NCBI GenBank assembly: GCA_002633005.1
Contig: NMRA01000299.1
Span: 331,754 to 395,753, forward strand
Length of the DNA stretch: 64,000 bases
Reading direction: 5' to 3'
Origin: Phoronis australis
Taxonomy: Eukaryota > Animalia > Phoronida
Shown here: positions 47,101-59,100 of the stretch, in pieces
How the letters are laid out: every line of letters starts with the position of its first letter
Numbering within the stretch: the first letter of the stretch is position 1
Notes under the pieces: generated by a model
The model's database searches: none
The model's input: the letters and a program-made list of their open reading frames with translations, nothing else
What the model was told of the DNA's origin: nothing
Made by a program: the position numbers and the translations under genes

Positions 47101-50100
47101 AGCAGCGCTAAATTCTCACCGTATACGTCCAGGCCTATCGGCTGAACATTTCAGTGCATGCGGCAACCTCAGGGCTTAGTTCTGTTCTTTAGGTATGGGC
47201 AAAGACAAAGTCTATGGTGCATGATGCGCATTCATTGACAGCTAACTGTAGCAATGGATTTGTTCAATCGAGATGTACAAATCTTTTTTATGCTGCTAAA
47301 CTAGGATACCTTAAGTTTAAGGACCTGCTTTTCAGAGATGGACTGTATGTGTTGTAATGAAACAGTCGGCGAGTTGCTGATATTTATTGAGGTATTTAAA
47401 ATTCCAAGATAAGAAAGCACAACACCTTTAAATCTGTCTGCTGAAAGTGGTGCACCAGCTGACACTACTAGTATTCATGTAAAAAACGCAAATAACACAT
47501 GGACGCCACACTATAAACAACTCTGTGCTAGAAATTGAAATGCCAGTAGATGATCCAAACAATGATTGGTCAAAGCAGCCAGATGTGTGGATTTACAATC
47601 AGTAGACAGAGTATACATTATAAGACGTATTCATGGCTGACACACAAAAATTGAAGGTTGGGTGGTATCTTGCTGTAACGTAGGAGGCTTATGTTTGATG
47701 ATAGGAATTGTCTTGTATGAATATCTTCGAGGTTGTCTGAATTTCTATTAGAAGCAACTGGAGTTAACAAGAGAATAAACTTGCGTCGCTTAGAAATATG
47801 ATAAATGGTCACGTGAAATCAAAAGCCCACACCGTTCCTTAAGATATCGAAAAAACTAAAAGACCAAGTGCCATTGAAGAAGACGCTGTTTAAAGTCAGG
47901 TCATGAGCAGACTACACTGGAAAAGGTTTTCAGAACAACATAATCAGTCGTTCAAATAAATCTTTCGCTCACCGATCACGAAAATCTTTCCAACCTTCAA
48001 TTCTATGTGGGGAATTCTGTAAGCATTCTAGCTTTGATGAACAGGTTAAGTATTTACTTAAATATATTGAAATATTTCATAACCAGTAATAAAACCTGTT
48101 TGGTGTAAATTTAGCAGTGCCACGTGTGATGCGTTTCAAAGAAAAAATACACGGCAAAACTTAGCGTGTGCATTTTATGATTAGCACGTGTGTATCTTTT
48201 AATTTATTCAAACATGTACTTCCTAAAGTATCATGGTCTAGGTCAAAATATGCTATTATGCCTTTGGAAATAAGACTGTTGACATTTTTTGACTACTTTG
48301 AGATTAGTATAAACCCCAATGTGGAACAACTTGAAAAGTATTTGCATTTACATCTTTCACATTTTGCATACTCAAAAGTGTCTTATGTTAATTTGACTCT
48401 TTAATTACACGTGAGCTGACCCACCTGGGCCCATTTGCATAAAAGTTATATGCCGCATAATAGCAATGACGTCGCATTATCACGCACCACCATGTTATTG
48501 TCGAATAATTTACCTGACGTCATGCAACAATCAAACTTGATGTTTTATGCAACCTAGCCTTGATGTAACTGTTCCAGGTACATAAGAGTGGTGGCAGATG
48601 TGCTGTTTATTCAAATGATATGTGGGTAATTGAAAATGGACAAAGCAAAAGCATAGCAGATAGTTTCCTGGTCGTATCCAGCAACTTTATGTGAGTGGGC
48701 TTTGAAGGGATTAGTAATTTTCTGTTTTTTTCAACTGTGCAGGACAGTTTTTATCACTTAGCACTTCTTATGGGATGTGTGTGTTATTCTTCAAGATGTA
48801 TTCACTTATTCCAAGAAATTGTAGAAGCTGAGCTTAAATATAAACGCATATTACTGTTTTGCATTGCTCTTGATGGTACTAGTTAGTATTATTTAATCAT
48901 GACAGGAAGGTTGTGGTTTTCCTATTCTGGTCATTACCTTCATTTATCGGTAACTGACTAAACTTGTTGTTTGAAGTTAAAGAATTTTGTCGCGAAATGA
49001 ATTGCTTAAAAGCAATTTGTTTGCAGAGTAATTAGTAAGGCCCATTTGAGAGCAGAAATTGGTCATACACATTTCGTTTGGGTGGTATGTGAACAAGAAT
49101 ACAGCTTGCACACTGTGCATGTGTTCACTTGATCGGCCAGTATTGTTGAGTGTTGCTAACATGTGACTTCACCTGGTAGGTAAGGCTGTAAACTGGCCAA
49201 TATTTAGCTTTAGTTAGTTACTTTCCTTTATTTTTCTTGCTAATGCTCAATTTGTATAAAATTTAAAATGTTAATCAAATTGTAAGGTTAGGCGCTTCCA
49301 CTTGATTGCAAGGCTGCGCCAATATCCAGAATTATGAGTGAAATACTTGAGCAAAAATTAAGCAAAAATTTTAAACACCATGTGATTGAAGTTTGACTTG
49401 TCCGTTGCAAAACGGTTTACACTGCCATGCATTCAATTGAGCACTTTAACGCTTAAATAATTTAAATATTTAAAGTTTGTTGAATGACAATCACTGAAAT
49501 TGAAAGGAAAATACACAAAGCAACCACTTTAATGCATGCATATAAACATGGAATGTCGGTAGTGCTTACTAGTTTCACACACATATAAACATGGAATGTC
49601 TGTATGCACTTACTAGGTGCATATACATATATAAACATGGAATGTATGTGTCTGTATGTGCTTACTAGGTTCATGCACATATAAACATTGAATGTCTGCT
49701 AGGTGCATACACATATTATATAAACGTGGAATGTATGTACAAGCTTGCTAGGTGCGTGCACATATAAACACGGTAGTTTTTTTCTTTAATAAAGTATTTC
49801 TGATATAGGCATATGGACCTAATTATGTGCCTATGTGGTGCTAAGTCAGAACGGCTGAACTGAGCATCTGTTCCTTATACCTTTTTAGTTTATTAGGCCT
49901 TAACGAACTACCAGATGGCCCGTTAGTGTCAACTTCTTGTTCCCAGAATTCCTCATGTCCAAATGCCAGTATCTCCCCTTGCAGTGCTATATTCGTCTGT
50001 TGCGTGGTTGGTGTGAGTGGAATGTGTCGTCACGGCAGTTCTTGCTCGGACAGAGCTACTTGAACTTCAAGTAAGTACTTGTTTTGTATTGTTTTACTAC

Positions 50101-53100
50101 AAAACCTGTCTAAAATATGGTATTTACTATCGTCTGGCACCCTTAGATCCGCCCACATGTGTCAGTCAGTGGACATATTTTCTCTGTCTGAGTGGCCTGC
50201 GTTCTGCTTCCATCTCTACGTCTCACAAGTTTCTGGAGGATCTTTGTGAAATTCTGCAGTCTCATTACTAAGTCAGTTTTTGGCTTTCATACAAATCGAG
50301 AGTATTATTAAAAATAAGTAGGAACCTTTTCATGCAACGTTCCTAATTTAAGGACCAAGACCTTAATTATTGTGACTCAATTAAAGGCTCAGTTTGTAGT
50401 TGTATTATTACTAATAATATAACTGAAAACTGACAGTTGCTTATTTAGAAAATGTCATTAGTCCAAGAAGAGGTCATAATAAAAATAAAGTCAGTGATAG
50501 GAAAGTATAACATCTGTGCGTACAGAATGACACAAATACCCAAAAGATTTAGGGAACTTAGTTGAGTTCTTATTTGGGACTGTTTCATATAACCGGGTAC
50601 TAATATATAAACTGAGGTCTTGTAACTAAGAAAACGAAGACTTGCCCTCTTAACACGAGCATATAGCATCTACTCCACTATTTTTTAATTAATTGAATAG
50701 CACTTTGCTACTCCTTGGTCACATCTGAACTTCTATATGGTCTCACTCCACGTATACTGCACAGGTGTCAGTTTGTAGCAAATGTGTTACCATGATGAAA
50801 CCTTTGTTGTGGCTATCCTGTAGACTGTACTCTTGTGTTGTATTTTTATGCCTTCATCTCTGTCTGTCTGTCCGTCTAGCGTCCGTTTGTCCGGCGTCCG
50901 CTGCTGTGTCTCCAAAACCCTTTGACGTACATTCATGAAATTCTGCACAAATAGTCCTATCATGGATGGGATGGCATGAGTGAACGTTTGGACGGATTTG
51001 ACTACCGGTGTGCCCCCTAGTGGCAGTTTTAGCTTTTACGCTTACCTTGATATCTTCAAATGTCCTCGACGTATTCTCATATAATTTAGTATATAGGCAT
51101 CTCTTAGTGAGTTGTCACTCTCCTGTTTTCGGATGGATTCGACGTAGTTTGCGTCACCTAGTGGCCATTTTACTGTACTAGAGGATGATTGTGAAAGTTG
51201 GCACATATCTTCTTACTATGAAGTGGACGGGTGACGATGATTTTCCGACAATTACAACACTACTCTGGCGCCTCCTAGTGGCAGTTTTGTTTTTTTTACG
51301 CCTATGGCTGTATCTTTACTAAATTTAGTAAGTGTATTGATATGCTGTTAAAGGAGTATGCCACCCAAAAAACAACCCATTTTGTATCAATTTAGATCGA
51401 GTAGTTCTACTCGATAACGGCACGTTCGGTTGCGTTACCTGATGGCAGATGGAGGTGTTGAAATTATTCAGTGACTCAGCAGTTCACAACACGGGTTACT
51501 GGTGTCGGGTTATCGCTTGAATTCATCGCTTAACACCAATAAATAATTGAACTTCGACGTAAAACCCTTAAAAATACACCGATTTCTTATAAAAACGAGT
51601 TGTTTCATTTCGCTGTTAACGGATTTATTTTTATTTGGACACACCATAGCCTACAAAGTTTGGAAGGCCAATTTACCAAGGTCCATAGCAGGAGTTTGGG
51701 GTCTGTTCGGAGATAAATTCGAAGTATTCTTCCGTGAAATACAGACAGGAGAACCTAGAACTTAGTTGTTTAGACTTATGATTTTTTTGAGTTATAAACA
51801 CACAAAACGCTTGTTATCCCGACCAGGGCTCCGAACCCAATCAGGCCCATCGCGGGTGTACTGACTCGCTATCCCGGCCAGTGGCTCGAAACTCGATCAG
51901 GCCCGTCACTGACACGAACATAAACCAGCTTTAGTTGGAAACTAAACTGACAGCCAGGAAAAGACTATAATAGTGAGCCAAAGAAATAATGGGAATTAGC
52001 CACGAAACTAAAAATCTACTTACTAATTGTCGGGGGCCGCAAAGTCGGGTTCCCCTTCCACAGACCGTCAGGGCAAAGGTTGCACAGTAACAATGATTTG
52101 AATAATGTATTTGTTTTTCTGAATATAGATTCCCCTAACATGTGACCATAGATGTAAAATTGAGTAATTGTTTCACAACAGCTTTCTGTCAGCAAACACT
52201 GAATTAGCATGCGCTCACACGGCCTCAGTGCCCGGTCATTGCCGGCATCAAAACCCGGTAATGCAGTGGTTTATTCATTACTGGCTTCTCAACATTTGCA
52301 CTCACAAATACTGCAAAGGCATTACAAATTGTATCTAATGAGACAGACTTTTTCAGTTTTATATAAACATTAGTTAGGATAAGAATAATTCATTTTGAAA
52401 AAGAACGCAGAATAATAAAAGTCTACGTGGCAATTCGACCGGCGCCAATCCCGACTTAGTTAGTCAAGAGCTCATTCGACGAAGACTTCACGGATCAGAT
52501 CTGTAGGTTTCACAGCTGTCAATTCAAACCGGAATAAACTGATCAAGAAATACTAGAGAGGCGCCGTGAACATGCACAGGCAACAGAACGTATGGATAGT
52601 TCTTTGGTAAGCCGGAATTCGTCACAGAAACCACTGTCGACGAAATGCCGCCACAGACACGGAGATGTTTCACAGCCTCATACTTACTATTAACAGCGTG
52701 CCTTTCATTCTTCACAACCACGAGCCACTTCCTAAGCATTTCGGGCTCTCATGGAAGTCGGAAAAACGATGAACCCGCTTTCTTCGCAGCTTCATAGTTC
52801 GGACAAGTGGGAACCGATGCACCGCGATATAGCGGCTTTCACTATGCAGACGAACCACTGACGTTGCTGCGTCGTTTCTCACCTTCCTCACAGGTTAACG
52901 CGACACCTCTCGGCAAGGTGAGGTCGACCGTATAAGAGGCGATGTGTATATAGACCGATGGAGACGGTAAAAAAGACTAATTAAATAGGGTGGCATTCTC
53001 CTTTAACGGAGGACGACATTTTTGAGACGGATATGACCATTTGTGTGCCACCTAGTGGCAATTTTATTTTTTTACGTTTACCTCTGTATGTTCAAAGGTC

Positions 53101-56100
53101 CTCAACATATTTTCATAAAATTTGGCATACAGGCTTCTGTTAATGAGGTGTCGCTATCTCTCAGTTTTCAGATGGATTCGACCTAGTTTGCGCCACCTAG
53201 TGACCATTTTTACTGTTTTCGAGTCTGTTTTTTAGCGTCCACTTGTCTTTCAACCAAACCACGTTCAGGATAATTGTGAAAATTGGCTTGTATGTTTTTG
53301 ATATGAAGTGGATGGCTGACGATGATTGTCCGACGACCTTGACTACTGTGGCGCCTCCAAGTGGTAGTTTTGTTTTTTGCGCTCATGGCTGTATTGCCTA
53401 AACTGTGCGCAGGATCTTTACTTTATTTAGCAAGTGTATTTTTATACTGTTGACAACGGACCACGACGATTTTCGGACGGATCTGACTTCTGGTATGCCC
53501 CCTATTGGCAATATAGTTTTTTATGTTTACTAGTCTGTATCTTCAAAGGTCGTCATCAGATTTTCATAAAATTTTGAATATAGGCATCTATTGGTGAGAT
53601 GACGCTATCTTTCTGTTTTTGTATGGAATCAAGGTATTTTGTGCCACCTAGTGGCCATTTTTGCTGTTTTCAAATCTTGTTTTTGGCGTCCACCCCTCGA
53701 TCAACCAAATCATTCTAGGGATGGTTTTGAAAATTGGCGTATATGTTTTCAGTGTGAAGAGGAGGTTTTTTGATGACGACTGACTACTGTGGCGTCTCCT
53801 AGTGGTAGTTTTGTTTTGTTTTTCGCCCATAGCTGTATTTCCAAAACCCACTGCAGGATCTTTATTAAATGTAGTTTGTGAATTTATATGAAGATAAGAG
53901 ATGGCGACTTTCAGGTGGTTCGAACGGACGCTGTGGCCACAAGTGGCAATTTCATTTTGTTCTGTTTTCATTTGTTTCTCTGAAGTTCCTTGACATGTTT
54001 TTATGAAATATGGCATGTTCCCATTTTTGGATGGATTGTACGTTTTTGTGCTATCTAGTGGCCCTTTTTATGATACAAATAAAAAACCCTAAAAGCACAC
54101 CATTTGCGATGCATTTGTGGGTGCATTTCAACGCTCCGCTTTGCTCTTGTACTAGTATGAGCTATTTGGCATAGTTAAGTTGTTAAGACTTACCAGACCA
54201 TCCCAAAATGACAATGTTCTATTAAATGTCTCTCACTGTCTTTTTAGTGAGCCTGACAAAGCCCTCAATTGCTTCCTGTCTGCAGTTCATGGAGTGAGAA
54301 ATGAAGAATTTCTCATCAATAAACTACTACAGGCTGAGGACACATCGCTTCAGAAACTTGAAGTTTTATACTACCTGAAGGTTTGTTTGTGTGGCCTTTT
54401 TTCTCTTTCTTTTACATGGAGTTTGATAATATGAATGTCAATGATATCAAAAGGAATTGAGGAAATTTGATTTTTGCCATTCAGTCTTGATGACCTTTGG
54501 GACATTCTCATCACATTTTGTATTGACTGTACTTCGGGAGCAAGTTTTCTGTTATACAGAATTTGTTGAATACACGACACTTTTCATTTTTCACGGTCTT
54601 TATTCCGTTGCGTTCATACTTTCTGAACAAAACTCTACTCTCTACTGAACATAGATACAGTAACTGACCTAGCGACATAATTAAAAAGACACACGATATT
54701 TCGAAACATACTTGTTTCATTCTCAAGTGAAGATAAAATGACGCAGTAATGCCACCACAGAGTATAAGCTGACGACACACACAGTGAGACACGGCGGGTG
54801 TGAAATACTGCAAAGAATGACTAAAGAATTAGGGTAACAGGAAAGTCACGCAAACAAGTGTAACGTGCGGCGCGACCCTGTTTGCTGCTCATTCAAAATA
54901 GGCTTCTCAAAAGCAATTAAAAGGGACTCTAATACTTTCAAACGCAGCACATCTTGCTCCACGTAGCGAATTGACGTGTTTTCCACAATTTCTTGACGGG
55001 TCAAGAAATTGTGGAAAACACGTCAATTCGCAGTGAAAAGTGTCGTGTATTCAACAAATTCTGTATAACATTTTGTATTGTGAACATTCATTTTCAAAGG
55101 GGTTTTCTCATTTTAAGTTTTTTGGAAATGCTCATTTTCATATCTGAAGTAAATTGTTACATAAGATATTCTCCTGAGTTTTCTGTGCTAAACTAAAAAA
55201 ATAGCATTGCATGAAACTATAGCATTAAATATTCATACATCTTGATGCAATGAGGGCCAATTAAGGTTTTTCAAAAGTCAGGCTTGATGTTTGTTCGAAT
55301 TGTTAATTTTGGTTACCGTAATGACTAGGGAGTTGCTTGTAAAATATTTTTAAAATCTTGTTACTTTATGTTTGCAGGGTGTCAAGTTTCGTATTTTTTT
55401 CCTATTTTTTCCTATTTTTTGAGACTCCTATTTTCCCCTACTTTGCTGTGAAATTCCTATTTTTTCCTATTTTTCACTCATGGTGAGTCCAAATAAAAGG
55501 CCAGCAATAAACCGCTGTTTCTCAAACCTGACATTGTGCTTAAAATAATAGATGCTGCAGGGTTAGGTGAACTTGTTTGTTTGATCTTCAAACACATCAC
55601 AACTAGGGGCATCTAGTTGTGTTTTTACACTCTTGAAAATTGGATAGGTACAAGAGCATTACCTATACCCCCTATCATGCAAATTGTTATACATGAATTG
55701 TGCAGACAACGCTTCATTGTGGTGAAACTACTTGGAATAATTGTATTTTAATAACAATGAAACGTAAGTTAATTAAAGTGGTAAACAGACAAGGAACTGG
55801 TCATTGGTGAGAGTACATGAAGGGAACTAGAGAAACTACTGAAGCGTAAGCCTGAGATGAAGAAGTCATCCATATGCGCTCTTTCTTCATTGTTTCCATA
55901 CAGTGCTAGGGTGAACAAAGCAAAATACTAATTTCATCAGAAACACTTGATAAGAGTCTTAAATGGTAGCTTTAAACATGCCATTTATACAACTTTTTTA
56001 CAACTTTTTGAATTTTTTAAATCGATTAGGCGGTTCTGGAATTATTTAAAATTTAGAGCCTCAAAAATGGCATTTTTCAGCAAACAGCACCCAGTAATTT

Positions 56101-59100
56101 CAGGCCATAGAAAACAACAAATTTAGACAACTATATTGGACAATCCATAGCTTAGTGTGTCCCTAAAACAAAATGGAGAGTTCTGTACAAGTTGGTTAAC
56201 AATATGGCATCGACACCAAGTCACATGCTATTATATTTTGCACCAAGAACAAAAACAATTGAAAAATTCACCAACTTTTGGAAGAACATTTTTGCTCATG
56301 GAGCTATTTGAACAAACGATGTTTTGAAAAGAGAGCAACTTATTACTTTGAAAATGATGGAACACATCAAGAATTACTATGGTTTAGTGAAAATGTTTCT
56401 TTTGTTCCAAAATATTTTATAACAATTCTAAAAAATGAAATTTGTAAAACAAGTGAATTCAAAAGGAGTAAAAAGTAGAAGTCTAGTCTTTTTCAGAATA
56501 TTTTGTCATTTATTTGTGAGGTTATGTTAATTATTATTTTTCCCAAGTAAGATCAATGTTTTTACAATCATATGTTGCACACCATATGATGAAAAACGAT
56601 AATGTGCATTTTTGATTGAACAAAATTAAATTGGAGTTAAAATTTTAAGGAATTTTAATCAGTTTCGTTCCCATCAAATAATATAGGAACTGAGAGGTGT
56701 TGTGTTGGCTACCATCCAAAAGAGCATACTTGATGCACTGCAGAGTTGACTGGACAATTACCAGTATTTTTGTGAAAAATGTAATTGGCTAAAAATGAAA
56801 CTGTACCACCACGGGGTAGAAAAAGTGTAACAAAAATATTTTTGAAGAAAATTGGAAAAAAGAAACTGACATTTCCCAAAACTGAAGTTGAAATTGAATT
56901 TTGAAAATATTCTGTACTATTTGGGCCACTTTTCGTAATTTAGAAAAGTTTTGACTGGTTCTGTTTAATACATTTGACCAATCATGTCCGAGTTTAGTGT
57001 GAACCATGGAAAGATCAACGTGGTTCTTGAAAAATGACTGAGTTTACCTTTTTGGAAGTGTTCCTAAATGGAAATGGTGAAATAAAGTGAAAAAAGTTGG
57101 ATTAGGACACAAATGGTGATTACAATGCTGAGTGTACAGTTTCAGGATTTTTCCAGGTACGAGACTGATGAGGCAGTAAATTAAAAAAGGGACATTCTCT
57201 CACATTTATATCATAAAACGTTCACTCAGGGTTCAAAGTAGAATTTTCAGCACAGTTTCGTATAAATATTACCGGTATCACAATTGGTTCAGAAATGGCC
57301 ATTTAACAGCTGAGTTTGACCCAAGCTGTAAGTCACAAGAATTTACCTGTGAGTGAAAAATGTGTGAAGTGCTCGATTTACTTCAAATATTTATTAATGC
57401 CCTCATTTTTTGCAATGAATATTAGCAATAGGAAGAATAAAAAACATTTCATTGGCATAGTTTTCATTTTCCACCACTTAGCGTGCTAATAGATATGAGC
57501 TTATGAAAATCATGAAAAATGGCAAAATTTCGCTCTTACTGAATTTTGGCCATATTTGCTCACCCTAACAGTACCTCCAATGTTGCTTGCTACTTTACTG
57601 CTGAGTCTTCTGATACGGAAAAGCAAGAGCTTTGTCAGTGGTAGTTGGAACATTCAAAAAAACTATTTGAGTCCGAAGATAATCTTGCTAAAGAAGAAGA
57701 AAATGTCTTTGGAGCGTTCAAGGTTGTTAGAGGCTAATGTGAAACTCCGAGAAGCATTGTCTAGTTCATCAGCAGTCTCCAAGCAGTCAGTAACCGTTGC
57801 ATCCATAATGAACTGAATAAACGTATTAATGAAATCCATAGAAAACGTAAGCATATTGAAAGCAAAACTCATCCAGTCTGCAAAGAAATCCAACAAAGCA
57901 TAGACTGTATGCCCAGTTTCGCTGAGAACATTAATTTGTTGAGTGTAACTTATAAATTGTGTAAATTTTCCGTATGTGGACTGATATGTAGATTGTTTTG
58001 TGGTTTAAAGCTATTTTTTCGAGTTTTGTGCATAGACAACAATTTAAAAAATACTCCTATTTTTTCCTATTTTGTCATAATTTTTTTCTATTTTTCTACT
58101 GAAAATTTCCTATTTTCCTATTTTTTCAAAGCCTTATGTTACTTGACGCCCTGTGTTCGTAATAGTAAGAGGATAGCAAATATTAGCGCCGTACGCCTTA
58201 GCAGCAATCTTAAAACTAGTTTGGTGTTACTCCATTTTAAATGTTGTTTGCTATTCATACTGTAGATCCATATCAAACCTCTATGTTTGCTGTAGCTGTG
58301 TTAGGCACCAGAGTATGTTCCATTGATATGTTCTGGTCACATAAAAGCCTACTCTGACATTCTTCGTTTCAGGTTATCCGGTTGTTTGGGGACTTCCAGC
58401 TGCCTCTGCAGGTTATATCCCTGGCTACGACAGCCATCAGTTGTGCAGAACTGGATGATGAGAACATAGTAAGTTGAAATGTTCTGTTGCCAAGAAGCTT
58501 TGAGATATCGTGAGCCTGTTTCTCTAAGACTCTATGGCCTTCCAGGGCTCGACATTAACTTTTATTTTAACTTGCTCAATCGGACAAGTACAAATGAAAT
58601 TTACTTGTCCTGACCTGTAAGACACTTGTCCAAAGGTAATTAAACTCAAATTATACTTTTCAAACATATATGAATGTCGCACATAATATCTGTTAGCACA
58701 AGCTCAATAAACATGGGTAAGAGCATATATTACATGACTTTTAAATTTTGCACAAGTTTATTAAAGTAGGTATTTGTATTTGGATTTCACCAGTGAACAC
58801 GCTTTAAGTTTACCCTGGCTTTTCAATTCAGTTATATGTTTTTTATAAGCTGCTGAGTGAGCTGTCGACTGTTTGTGACTTTTCAAAGATTCGATAATGA
58901 ACACATCTGACCCAGACGCAAGAGATGAACTGTTTGTGCCGGCGTATTTTTCGCACGGGACACAACACATTTTATTTCTGGTCCCTATCATACCGTAACC
59001 AGCCAAAATCTTCCATCCATTTCGGAAGGAATTCCAGTTTTCTTTTTTTGGTTTCATACTGTTGCTTGGTGGCTTCACGCTATTTGGTTTGGTGACCAGT

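Larger units (their letters stand above)
45825..49914 (+). other. U12-type (minor spliceosome) GT-AG intron of NUP160
   Basis: 5' site GTATCCTT; branch site CCTTAAC at 49898-49904, 10 nt before the intron end; no pyrimidine tract; splicing restores QLL|WP. Confidence 0.9.
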
